Assembly (NCBI RefSeq): GCF_009914755.1
Contig: NC_060939.1
DNA from: the human T2T-CHM13v2.0 reference genome, Homo sapiens
Direction: 5' to 3' (one strand)
DNA length: 64,000 bases
Part shown: positions 44,402-58,803 of the stretch, one piece after another
Layout: every line of letters starts with the position of its first letter
How positions within the stretch are numbered: the stretch's first letter is position 1
Notes under the pieces: model-generated
The model's database searches: none
Seen by the model: only the letters and a program-made list of their open reading frames with translations
What the model was told of the DNA's origin: nothing
Position numbers and translations under genes: made by a program

Positions 44402-45442
44402 TTTGTTCTTGCCTTTTTTTGGCAAATATAGTTAACACTTCTATGCATTTTTTACCTCACATAAACATCATCTAAAACCATTCATATTTCTGTATTGCGT
44501 ATTAATGCTTTTCATTCCTGTATATAAAAATGCATTCATAATCGCTTTTCAAAATACATTTTCAGTTACCTTTTCAAGCATCATTCTTTACTAATTGAAT
44601 GGAAATATCACTTTTATTGAGAAAGACAGATGTTACACAATTTTCATTTTAGTATTTTCTAGAAATTTGCTGTGAAATACCTCAGGTTGAAAAGGAGAGG
44701 GACACAGGCTTTTGTGAGGACCATAAGACAAAATTTACTGAGAGTCACATGCTTAAAATAATCTTTCATTGTTTGCACTATATGGCTTAGTTTGTTCTAA
44801 TTGTGAAAGGTCACAGGCATTAATTTGTGTGGAGGCAACACCAAAAATCCCATTGTGAATGCAGAGAATCACTTTGTTACTGTGCAAGTAAGAATGTCCT
44901 CATATTGTTTGTTTTTATTCTTACCAAAAAGCTGTAGACATTGTCTGGAATCTTTGATTCCTTCCAACTTGTTTTTGTAAATGTCTGCATGATGTGTTTT
45001 TGTCCAGACAACCAATATATAGACATGTATTTTTTTTTTACTCTTTGATGAGTGATTATTAAATTGTTTTTAGTTTTCATTGAAATAAAAATGCCATTCA
45101 GGAAATGTCATACATCTCCAGGCAGCATATATTTTTATAACATGGCCTTGGAGAAAAAGAATTAAAAACTTTATTTTCTGTTATCAGTGAACTAGCAAAA
45201 TATTTTTAAAAGTTATCACAGGTGTGAGTTTTTTTTAGATTTTATGTTTTTTTGACTCAGTTAATAATATACCTACCTCAGTTATCTAGCTGCTGTGTCA
45301 ATATCCACTGTTTTAGGCTAAACCTTTTATACTCCTCTGGCATAGTTTGCATGTGAACAGATGGTTCAGTGTCCTAACTAGTGAAGGTGAGATTCCTAAA
45401 GCACATTTGAACAGGAATTTAGGACTCAAGAAGCAATTCTGA

Positions 45443-45585
45443 GTTCTGAGTATATTAAAGGTAGGCTAGATTAAGTTATTATGTTTGGTAAGTTATGTGT
45501 ATTACATGTATTTTCCAATTAAATTATTTTCAACTTACGATGGGTTTATCAGGAAGTACACCCATCATAAATTGAGGATCATCTG
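45443..45585 (-). mobile_element. MER47A (Tigger) first part, inverted
   Basis: 'ttttcaacttacgatgggtttatcagga...aattgaggatcatctg'. Confidence 0.75.
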
Positions 45586-45685
45586 TAATTTAAATGGAGG
45601 TTTCTATTTAAAAGAGCATAATGCATTTCTCATCAAAAGAAGGAAAACCAGTAATTTTTAGGTCCTTTATTTGTGTCCCTGAAAA

Positions 45686-46003
45686 TCTTCATAAATTCTA
45701 TAAAAAGAGTGAAAACAGGTGAATCAAAACACAGATTCCATTCTGTCGTATAAAACAGAACATCACAAATCATTTTCATAGATAGCTTTTTTCTAGTTTT
45801 TAGAGCTGGATATACGTTTTTGTTTTTTGTTTTACATGATTCAACGGCCTCAGTAATGTCACTTCATAGATTCTACGAAAGAGTGTTTGGAACCTGCTGA
45901 ATCAAAACACAGGTTCCATTCTGTGATAATAAAAATGTACATCACAAAGCGTTTTCACAGACAGGATGTTTCTAGTTTTTTATAGTTGGATATTCGTTTC
46001 TTT
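45686..46003. repeat. Isolated diverged alpha-satellite, about two monomers
   Basis: Two units ~178 bp apart ('gaatcaaaacacag.ttccattctgt' at 45721 and 45899) with alphoid motifs 'gattctac.aaagagtgttt', 'catcacaaa', 'tctagttttt'. Confidence 0.8.
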
Positions 46004-46414
46004 TAAATTTGGGGATGACCTTGCCCTGCTGTCTTTCACTACATACATACCACAGCTATATAGTTTGCATGGAGTACTGGGTGGCTCTCAATATTTAGGA
46101 AAATTAAGATTAGTGGTATCAAATCACAATACAATAAAATAACGAAGATGATGGAGACCAGGGGAACTGTCTTGTTTTGTTTTGTTTTTAAGAAGATCTG
46201 CCCTTGAAATTCTCTGTATAGAGTATAGAAGACCACAGCCCCTGACCACAGCATCACCTGGCAAACAAATATCCATCTATCATTTGGAATAAAAATATCC
46301 ATAAAGTATCAATGCTCTTGGAAACTTGGATTCTCACAGCTCATAAATGTTTTGGAAATCCTGCCAAAAATATTTTTTAGATCACTAGACTGAAGATTTC
46401 ATTGCTTGTGTAGC

Positions 46415-46622
46415 AGCCAGTTGGGCAAAGTTATCTAACACAAAGCCTATTTTATAATAAAATGTGGAATAGCTTATGCAATTTATTGACTACTGTACTG
46501 AAGGTGAAAAACACAATGGTTTCATGGGTCCTTGAAGTACACTTTCTGCTGAATTCATGTCAGTTTCCCACTATCATAAAGTTGAAAAATCTTAAGTGAA
46601 ACATCCCAAGTCACAGAGCATC
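46415..46622 (+). mobile_element. MER47A (Tigger) second part
   Basis: 'cagttgggcaaagttatctaacacaaagcctattttataataaa...tactgtactgaa'. Confidence 0.8.
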
Positions 46623-47634
46623 AAAATGTAATCAGTATATCAGTCACACATAACAACACATTGTAGAAAATGCAGGTTTGGTTTAGGTGTGGTGGTTCAT
46701 CCTACTCATAAGCAGTTCTTTCATCTCTAACGAGTCGCCTCTCATCGTGGGCTAATGCTGCAACATGGGCTGTGTCATGTAAAAGCCTGTCTTTTTACAG
46801 TTAGGAATAAGATGAAAGCGTTGAAGGCTAAGTTCATTAAAATGACTTCTTCGAGTGGCTTTGCCTTTTCTCCTGGACTGCTCCCATAGTTCTGTGACCC
46901 ATGTCAATATAGAAAATGGTAGCACAAGCCAACCCTCTCTGCATAGGTGCTGGCATGATTCCTCTCTTCCACTCTTAACACTGGGCTTGGATAATGGCTT
47001 GATGACACTGAGCAAAACTCTTCTTAAGACCCTCAGTTTCATCTTCTCGACACAAAAAGTCTCAAAAGTCCTTGCCACACTACAGAAGGAAACTTAAAGC
47101 TGTAACTTGACACAATCTTAGGGCTCCTATAATTGTTTTAAGTCTTTCAGGGATTACTGTCCGTCCTTGATTGATGTACAGTGTCTTGCAAACCATTGGT
47201 CCATATAATTTTTATTGTTCCGTATAATTTCCATTGTTCCATATAAGCTGTCCAGTTTTTTACATTTGTTGAGGCATGTCCAAACCATATTTGTTTTTCC
47301 ACAGCGTTTTGATTCATACCTTCCACAATTACACAATGATTACTGCATTCCCAGCTGTTTGCTTCTAGCTCGCAATACAAAGGAAAAATGTGTGTGAAAC
47401 TCACAGAGAAAAATCGATAATTAAACTCCGTTTGTAACACTAAAGGGAAGATCATAATTGACCTATACACAGTATCAGTAGGAGTCTCCATGGAAGTCAG
47501 CCACTGTGTGTCAATGAATCAAATATTTCACATGGAACTATAAGAAAGGATATCTCTGTCAATTAACTACAGTCAAGCATTAGAACGGGGATGTGTTCTA
47601 AGAAATGTGTCATTTGTCGAGTTGGTCATTTTAT

Positions 47635-48513
47635 TGTCAATGAAAAGAGTCAAACTCTGTAAAATATTTGAAGAGATTTATTCTGGGCCAAATATGGCCC
47701 GGGACACAATCTTCAGGAGGTCCTGAGAACACGCACCCAAGGTGGTTAGGGTGCAGCTTGGTTTTATACATTTTAGGGAGGCATGAGATAGCAAATACAT
47801 ATAAGAAATATATTGGTTTGGTCCAGAAAGGCAGGTATTCTAAGAGGGGTGGGGGGTGAAGGTAAACTTAAACATTTTCTGATTGACAATTGGTTGAGTT
47901 GGTCTAAAGACCTGGAATCAAAGAAAGGAATGTCTCAGTTAAGATAAAAGGTTGTGGAGACCAAAGTTTTATCATGCAGATGAAGCCTCCAGGTAGCAGG
48001 CTTCAGAGAGAATAGGTTTTTGTGTTTATTTTTGTTTTAGAGACAGAGTCTCACTCTATCGCCCAGGCTGGGATGCAGTAGTGCGATCTTGGGTCACTGC
48101 AACCTCCACCTCCAGGGTTCAAGCAATTCTTCTGCCTCAGCCTCTCGAGTAGCTGAGATTACGGGATGCGCCAGGGTGCCTAATTTTTGTATTTTTAGTA
48201 GAGACAGGGTTTTGCCCTGTAGGCCAGGCTGGTCTTGAACTCCTGACCTCAGGTGATCTGCCCGTCTGGGCCTCCCAAATTGCTGGGATTACAGGCATGA
48301 GCCACTGCACCTGCCTAGGTTTTAAAATGTTTCTACTCAGACTTAAAGTTGGTATTAATATTAATGCTGGAGAGGTATACTGAGGCATGACCAACCCCCA
48401 CTTCCTGTTAGGGCCTGAACCAGTCTTTCAGGTTAAATTTTAAAAGAGCTCTGGCTGAGGGGAAAGTCCATCCAGATGACTGGGCACTCTTAGAATTTTA
48501 TTTTTTGCTTACA
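47635..48513 (-). mobile_element. MER4-family solo LTR containing an Alu
   Basis: 'tgtcaatgaaaagagtcaaactctgtaaaatatttgaagag' ... 'tagaattttattttttgcttaca'; TSD ttat/ttgt. Confidence 0.85.
48016..48316 (-). mobile_element. AluS
   Basis: Alu consensus inside the LTR. Confidence 0.9.
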
Positions 48514-48918
48514 TTGTGAACATCATAGAGTGCACTTACACAGACCTAGCTGGTATATCCTCCTATACACCTAGGCTGTATGCCTATTGCTTCTAGGCTA
48601 CAAACCTTTGCAGTGTGTTACTGTACTGAATATTCTAGCCAATTGTAACACAATGGCAAATATGTGTGCCTGTAAACATATCTAAACATGGAAAAGGTAA
48701 GAATACAGTATTAGACATAAAAAATGGCACACCTGTATAGGGCACTTACCATAAACGGAGCTTGCAGGACTGGAAGTTGCTCTGGGTAAATTAGTGAGTG
48801 GTGAGTGAAGGTGAAGGCCTAGGACATTACTCTCTGCTTCTGTAGACTTTGTAAACATGGTTTTTGTCCCTTCCATCATTTTCCAGGTGCAGATACGATC
48901 TATGGATAAGAAAATTCA

Positions 48919-49299
<381 letters not shown>

Positions 49300-49899
49300 T
49301 CAACACCACCTGGTATCAATACATTGTGGGTGAAAACATTCTAACAGGAAGCTGTAGAATAGGGAGATCTGCAGCTGAACAGACAAGGGACCCAATGAGA
49401 ACTCCAAAGACAGTGAAAACTGGGAACATGCAGAGATGGTGGAGGGTGGCAGTGGGTGGGCCTTTCGGGACTTTTCCCCAAGGATAAACACATGTTCACC
49501 AATGTCTGTCTGCATGACCTCTTCCATGTTCTTTGATATTCTCCTAGAAGCCTCATGATTTTCTCGTGTTTCTCAGAGAATAATATGTATTTTGTCTTTA
49601 TCCTTGTACCCAATACCTTGTATACCTAACTATACATACCTAAATTTCTTATGGGTGAATTATTCACAGTTAAAAAATGTGCCAACTTTGTAACCAAATG
49701 AAATTACCCTGGTTTATACACCCTTCATGTCTTCAGAGTCCTGCCTGCATGCCTATAAGCAAGGGTTAAGTTTGGGGTGTTGTATTTTCCTAGTTAACAT
49801 TGGATACTTACATGTTCTGGGAACTTTTAGGCTATCAATACCCAATTAAAAATTCCAGTTGCTTTATCTTTTACTTCTTTTCCTGCGGTCTTTAAAATA

Positions 49900-51045
49900 T
49901 ATCTTTTCTTCTATTTGCTTTGGATTTAACTGTCTCTACTTTTTTCTTTTAAGCTTCCTAAGGTGGAAATTTAGATGAGTGATCTTTAGATTCCTCTTTT
50001 CTCATATTACACTAAGGCTATCCGTTTCTCTCTAACCTTCCACATTGCATTCCATGTTGCATTTGATAGGTTGTAATTTCCTTTAAATTTAGTTCAAAAT
50101 GTTTTTAAAATTTGTCCTGAAATTTCTTCCTTGACCCATGTGTTATTTAGAAGTATGTTATTTTGCTATGTATTTTGCAATTTACCATTTATTTTTCTTT
50201 TACTGATTTGTAGCTTAATTCTGTTGTGGTTTGAGTGCATGTGTTGAAGGATTCCCATTCTTTTAAATTTGCTAAGGTGTGTTTTATGGGGGAGAATTTG
50301 ATCTATCTTAGTGAGTGATTCACGTGGGCTTCAGAAGACTCTGCATTCTGGCCATTGTTGGATAGTCTGTGGGTGTCAATTGTATCAAGTTCATTGATTG
50401 TGCTGCTGTGTTCAACTGAATTCTGCTTTTTTTCTGCCTACTGGATCTGTCTATTTCTGAAAGAGGAGTGTTGAAGTCTACAACTACAAGGTGAATTCAA
50501 CTATTCCTCCTTGTGGTTTTAAGTTTCTGCCTCACATAGATTGATGCCTTGTTGTTAGATGCACACTTGTTCAGGATTGTTACATCTTCTCGGACAATTG
50601 ACACCTTATTATTATGTACTGCATTCTTTATCTCTGACAGTGGAGAATATTTGTCACAATTAATAATTTAATAATAGACATTATCATTCATTAACAACCA
50701 CATTTTACTTAGATTTTCTCTTTTACTTAACAAATATTTGTGTTCCAGGATCCCATCCAGGATAACCCATCATTTTTAGATATCATGTCTCATTAGGCTC
50801 ATTTTCCCTATGTTGATGATAATTACATCCCTGATTTGGAATTTCTCTGATGTTTTTCTCATGATTTTACTGGATTATGGATTTGGGGGAGGAGGAAGTT
50901 GTCATTTTTATCACATCTTATCAAAGGTAGATATTATCAACACACCTTTTCTGTGTTGATAATTTTATCACCTGGATAAGAGAGATTTATCAGATTACTC
51001 CACTGTGAAATTACTCTCTTTTCCCATTTCACCAGTTTCCTTTTT
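49900..51045 (-). mobile_element. Old L1M/L1MC fragments of unit D
   Basis: Colinear with 28140-28900 and 31430-31880. Confidence 0.65.
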
Positions 51046-51084
51046 GAAAACATGTCACTGTACTTCTTTGAGGAGTGCTTTGTA

Positions 51085-52656
<1,572 letters not shown>

Positions 52657-53324
52657 TAATTCTCATTGTAGAGATCTTCCACTTCCTTGGTTAGCTGTAT
52701 TTCTGGGAATACAGCTTATTCTTTTTGTGGCTATTGTGAGGAAGATTGCATTCTTGATTTGGCTCTCAGTTTGAATGATGTTGGTGTATAAAAATGCTAC
52801 TGATTTTGTACATTGATTTTGTATCCTGAAACTTTGCTGAAGTTGTTTATCAGATCAAGGAGATTTGGGGCAGAGACTATGGGGTTTGCTATGTATAGAA
52901 TCATATCATCTGCAACTGAGGATACTTTGATTTCTTCTCTTCCTATTTTGATGCCTTTTATTTCTTTTGCCTGATTGCTGTGGCTGGGACTTTCAATACT
53001 ATGTTGAATACGAGTGGTGAGAGAGGGCAAATATAGTATATTCTCACTTATAATCAGCATCTAAACTTTGAGTACACATGGACACAAGGAAGGGGACAAC
53101 AGACACTGGAGTCTACCTGAGGGTAGAGGGTGGGAGGCGGATGAGGATCAAAAAACCACCTATCAGGATATGTGTTTATTACCTGAGTGACAAAATAATC
53201 TGTACACCAAACCCCAGTGACATGCAATTTACCTATCAGTAAATTTTATCTACAGGTAAAGCACATCTGCACATGTATCCCTGAACCTAAAATCAAAGTA
53301 AAAAAAGAAAATATGTCACTATAC

Positions 53325-54690
53325 ATAGCACTATACATAGAGGGTATTCATGCTTCAACTTCTTATGAAAAGAGTATCTGAAAATGTCGTTGAAGCTTCT
53401 TCAACAAGGGCAATTTGGCTGTTTTCCATAATTTATTTCATATTTATCCAATTATTTATTTGTATCCTGGAAAATATTGTATGAAATTATGGCTATTTAA
53501 TTTACACTGTTTTATAATTCTTTCTTTATTCTATTGCTCAAATTGTTTCAATGCTGGCCACTAGAGGTCTCTCAGTTGGCTCCTGTATCATTTTGAAATA
53601 ACCCACATCATTGTGGTTTGCTTTAGTTTATTTCATTGGCTGTGTGTGTTATTTCACACTTTCTTACTTTCAGGCACTACAAGATGATCCAGGCAAATTG
53701 TGTTTATTTCATGCCCAAGCCAAGTATCCACCATTTCTTCAAAGAGTCGCTACAGGGTCATCTGTTGACTGGGGGCCTTGTTAGCTGACACAGCAAAGAA
53801 ATATACCTGTGTATACTAACACACACATATAAATGTATCTATAAATATTTCCTCATGTGTTCATGTGTATCTTTATTAAGTTAAATATGAATTCCCCTAA
53901 TGTCTCTAACACCAACGGCATCTAATCCAGCACCACGTGAGTCAATCTCCCCATTCCCTCTACTTCTTCGTAATCTCTCACTCTAACAGTGAGAAATTTG
54001 GCCTCCTTTACTTAATAATTGAGTTCCAAATTACATGTGCAGTGGCTTCAGAATAGTTAATCTATACCCCTAGTGAAACAGCATTACCAACTAAAGTACA
54101 GTGCTCATGGACACTCCTTTGGCTTTTAGGCTCAGAATTTCCACTTATTTCCTTAGTTACTTAGGTCAGCATCTTTCCCCACCTTTATAATCTCCCTTCA
54201 GTGAGATTATTTTATACATTTGTTATTCATTTATCTTATTTTGTCTGCATTTCTCCTCCAACATATTAACTAGGTATTTAATTTTCAAACATTTATGTTC
54301 ACTCTTTGAGTTATAAAGTTCTATAGGGCTTCAAAAACAGTACAATATACCCATCATTACAGTGTCCTTCAGATGAGTCTCACTGCCCTATAGAAGTTCC
54401 ATGTACTTTACATATTCAGCCTTCCTCCTTCAAAAGCACCTAGTAACCATTAACCGGTTTAACATCTCCATTGTTTTACCTTTTCCAAAGTGTCATATCA
54501 ATGGAATTATACAGTCTGTAGTCTTTCTAAACTGGCCTTTATCATTTCAAAATATGCCTTTAATTTTTTTTGAAGCATATGGTGATTTATATGTTCACTT
54601 CCTTAAGAACAAATGGTGTTGAAAATCATTTTATATGCTTAAAGGAGTTTGTATTGCTTCTTTGGAGAAATGTCACACAATTTACCAATT
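53325..54690 (-). mobile_element. Old L1MC-type fragment (paralogous to 11015-12030)
   Basis: Shared 'gcactacaagatg', 'tctaatccagca', 'ttaccaa.taaagt.cagt'. Confidence 0.65.
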
Positions 54691-54691
54691 T

Positions 54692-55330
54692 AATTTTTTT
54701 ATTTTTAAATTTTGTGGGTATATAGTAGGTTTATATATTTATGGTGTACATGAGATGTTTTGGTACAGGCATGCAATGTGTAATAATCACATCATGGAGA
54801 ATGGGGTTTCCATCCCCTCAAGCATTTATCCTTTGCATTACAAATAATTCAATTACATTCTTTTAGTTATTTTTACATGCACAATTAAGTTGTTATTGAC
54901 TATAGTCACCTATTGTGCTATCAAATGCTAGACCTTATTCATTCTTTTGTGCTATCAAATGCTAGACCTTATTCATTCTTTTGTGCTATCAAATACTAGA
55001 TCTTATTCATTCTTTCTATTTCTTGGGCCTATTAATTACCCCACCTCCTTTCTAGCCTCCCACTGCCCTTCCCAGCCTCTGGTAACTAACCAGTCATCTA
55101 CTCTCTATGTCCATGAGTTCAGTTGTTTTGTTTTTAGCTTCTACAAATAAGAACATAGGAAGTTTGCCTTTCTGTGCCTGGCTTATTCCACTTAACATAA
55201 CTATCTTTAGCTCCATCCATGCTGTTGCAAATAATGGGATCTCATTATTTTTTATAGCTGAATAGTAGTCCATTGTGTATATGTACCACATTTTCTTTTT
55301 CCATTCATCTATTGATGGACACTTAGGTTC
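54692..55330 (-). mobile_element. L1MA 3' end with internal 3 x 34-bp tandem repeat (~54912-55017)
   Basis: Antisense L1MA 3'UTR; 'tgtgctatcaaatgctagaccttattcattct' three times. Confidence 0.85.
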
Positions 55331-55337
55331 TGTGGTA

Positions 55338-56783
55338 TTGTTAAAGAAAACAAAACCAGACACTAAAGTGATAAGGACAGATTTTAATTCGTAATGACTA
55401 TTGTAATAGCGGGGAGGATCCAGAGTAAACTGAACTCAACTTTGAATTGCACAATGGAAAGTGGGCTTTTTAAAGGAAGAATGAGGGAGTGGGGTAGGGG
55501 AGAGGGATGAGCAGGGCCTTACTAGAGTTGAAACTGCCTTTGCAAATATTATGTCAGTGAGAAAAAATGTAACAGTAAACTAAACTAACCCACCCCCTTT
55601 CTTGCCTTTCCCTTAATTATTTCTGGGCTGTTGGGCTGAGCTAACTTTGTAAGAAATTTAGGCTACAGTGTAAAAGATAATAGGCCTTCCCTAAAACTCA
55701 ACTGCTTTTGTAAAGCTAATGGGAGGCTTATCAGGATGTGGGGAGGAGAGGCGCCTGGGTCCTGCTAAGGTGCAGACATTATCCGTAGGTTATAAGACAT
55801 GCAACTTCCCCAATTACTCCTGCAAATAACACCACTATTGTAGATTGGCCTTTTGAGATATCTTTCCAGGTTTTTTACAAGTCTGACACCTATGGCTCCA
55901 CCTAAACCTGACGGTTCCACCTGGACTGCCAGTCCCACCCACGCCTAAGGCCCCACCAGAAGCGATTTGGCCCTCAGGAGAACAGCCTCGACCCCCACTA
56001 TGATTTCATCTCCACCCCAACTAATCAGCAGCAAGCACATGTTACCTGACCACCCCCACCTCTTCCCCCAAATTGCTTTTAAAAAACCCTAATCTATGCA
56101 ATTCAGGTGAGATGATTTGGGTATAAACCCTATCTCCCATGTGGTGTGGCCAGCCCTGTGTCTATTAAACTCTTTCTCTACTATAATGCCTTGGTCCGTC
56201 TTTATTCACCGGGCAACAAGAACCCTTCAGGTGGTTACAGAGTCAGGAAAGTGAAAAACCACAAAGGCTGGTTAAGCGTAACTGTGCTTAGGCCAGCTGT
56301 GTCTGCTAGCTGGCAGTTATTGAGGTTAGGATTCTATCTTTCCACAGAGAATAGGAGACAGAAGCCCTATCCTTCCCAGTGATAACATTTCAAAGCAATG
56401 ACTTTCAGGTCTTTGAGAAAGGCTCTCTTGAGTTGAAAGGGAAACATATGTATCTCAAAGGGACAGAGGAAGGATTCAAAATGGTAAGCTTTTTAATAAT
56501 TGTTCTAAGAAAGTGTGGCCAGGGGCCTATTCTCAGGTGTTGGCTGGAACAAAAAGTAAATTTTTTTGGCAGCCTTGACTCATACTGCGGTTAACGACCT
56601 TGCGCTAGTAGAAACTGTTTTAGTGTTTGGCTAAGTCTTTTAATGTGGTAGGAGAGGGGTTGAATGAAATAATTTATACGGGGAGTCTGCAGTTCTTATT
56701 TGTAGGTCACAGTTAAAGTCTAGTCCAGAAGAGGGCTCAGAAGAGCCTAGCTAGAGTTTGACCAAGAAGTGAAACTCTGTCAC
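55338..56783 (-). mobile_element. MER31/MER67-like LTR interrupted by an LTR8-family LTR
   Basis: Right end 'gagcctagctagagtttgaccaagaag..ctctgtca' is the reverse of a MER31/67-type start. Confidence 0.6.
55529..56239 (+). mobile_element. LTR8-family solo LTR
   Basis: 'tgaaactgcctttgcaaa...ggttaca'; 4-bp TSD 'gagt'. Confidence 0.85.
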
Positions 56784-57939
56784 TATCAAAGATTATATTG
56801 GATCCCAAAATTCATACAGAATCTCAATGGACTCTGAATACTCAAAGTAATCTTTAAAAAGAACAATATTGAAGGTCTCATACTTCTTGATTTCAAAACT
56901 TATTACAAAGCTACAGAAATCAAAACGGTGAGGTGCTGGCATAAAGACAGATATATAGACTAATAGAACAGAGAGCCCAGAAATAAGCCTTCACATATGT
57001 AGTCAAAGGATTTTTTGTAAAGATGTCAAGGCCATTCAACTGAGGAAAGATCGTTTTTTCAACAAATGATGTAGGGAAAATTGGGTATCCCCACACAAAA
57101 GAATGAATTTGGAGCCTTACCTTATACTGTATATTTTAAAAATTCAAAATGGATCGAAACCTAAATATAAGAGCTAAAAGTCTAAAACTCTTTGAAGAAA
57201 ACATAGGTGAAAAGTTTATTACTATCAGACTTAGCAGTGATTTACTGGATATGCCACCAAAAGCATAGGAAACAAAAGTAAAAATTTATAAATTGAAATG
57301 TATCAAAATTAAAACCTTCTGTGTATCAGAGAACACAATCCATACACTAAAAAGGCAGTATACAGAATGGGAGAAAATATTTGCAAATCCTATATCTGAT
57401 AAGGAGTTCATATTCAGAACATGTAAACGACTACAACTCAACATTAAAAAAACTGATTTTAAAAAATGGGTAAAGGACTTGAATAGACATTTCTCCAAAG
57501 AAGATACATACATGGCCAATAAGCACATGGAAGGATGCTGAATATCATGGTTATCAGGGAAATGCAAATCAAATGCACAATGAGATATCACCTCAAACCA
57601 ATTTGGATGATTACTATACAAAAAAAAACTGTGAAATCCAGAAAACAAAAAATGTTGGTGAGGATGTGGAGAAATTGGAATCCCTGTACACTGTTGGTGG
57701 GGAGACAAAATGGTATACCCTCTAGAGAAAGCCATTTGGTAGTTCCTCAACAAGTTAAAAATTGTATTACCATATAATCCAGAAATTTAATTTCTGGGCA
57801 TGTACCTGAAAGAATTGAAAGCAGAGTCTTGAAGAGATATTTGTGCACTCATGTTTATAGCAGCATTATTCACATTAGCCAAAACATGGAAGCAATTCAT
57901 GTATCCACTGACAGATGAATAGATGAACAAAATGTGGTA

Positions 57940-58166
57940 CAGGTTAAGTATCCTGTATCCAAAATGCCTGGGACTAGGAATATTTTAGATTTTGGATTTT
58001 GGAATATTTGCATCACATGTAGAGGATGAACATCCCTAATCCCTAAATATCCAAAATTCAAAATGCTCCAATGGGCATTTTCTTAGAGCATCATGCTGGC
58101 ACTCAAAAAGTATCAAATTTTTGAGCATTTCAAATTTTGCTTTTTTGGATTAGGGATACTTAACCT
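57940..58166 (+). mobile_element. Tigger4a/MER46 inserted in L1MB
   Basis: 'caggttaagtatcc...ggatacttaacctg' terminal inverted repeats. Confidence 0.85.
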
Positions 58167-58510
58167 GTCTACATACAATGGACTACTATTCAGGCATACA
58201 AGGAAGGACATTCTGATAGATAATGCTCAATGAATAAACCTCGAGGATATTATGGTAAGTGAATTAAACCAGTCACAAAAAGACAAATTCTGTATGATTC
58301 CACTTATACAAACTACCTAGGGTAGTCAAATTCATAGAGACAGAAAGTAATATGGTGGTTGCCAAGAGCACAGGAGGGAGGAATGGGGAGTTACTCTTTA
58401 GTGAGTATAGAGTGTCAATTTTGCAAGATGAAAGTAATTTGGGAATTAATCACACAACAGTCTGAATGTACTTAATACTACTGAACTGTACACTTAAACA
58501 TTTGTAAAAT

Positions 58511-58648
58511 AGCCAGGCACAATCACTTGCACCTATAATCCCAGGTACTCTGGAAGCTGAGGCCAGAGGACACATTTGAGCCTAGGGGTTCAGGGCTACA
58601 TTGAGCTATGATCCTACCACTGCACTCCAACCTGGGCAACAGAGTGAG
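58511..58648 (+). mobile_element. FLAM/Alu monomer
   Basis: Single Alu arm with A tail. Confidence 0.85.
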
Positions 58649-58803
58649 ACTCCATCTTAAAAAAGAAAATGATAGATGTTATGTTGTATGTATTTTACAA
58701 GTGATGTTTTTAATTTTAAAATGTTTAAAAATGCAAAATTGCTATCTAAGACATATACTGCATTTTTAAAACATTTTTAAATTTTAAAAATTACACATAT
58801 GGC

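Larger units (their letters stand above)
47570..48860 (+). mobile_element. Tigger3 (Golem)-type element interrupted by an LTR
   Basis: 'cagtca..aacggggat..gttct.agaaatg' continuing as 'tgtgaacatcatagagtgcacttacaca' after the LTR. Confidence 0.8.
56790..58700 (+). mobile_element. L1MB ORF2 3' part and 3'UTR
   Basis: TEWEKIFAN...[22 protein letters not shown]; L1MB-type 3'UTR. Confidence 0.85.
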
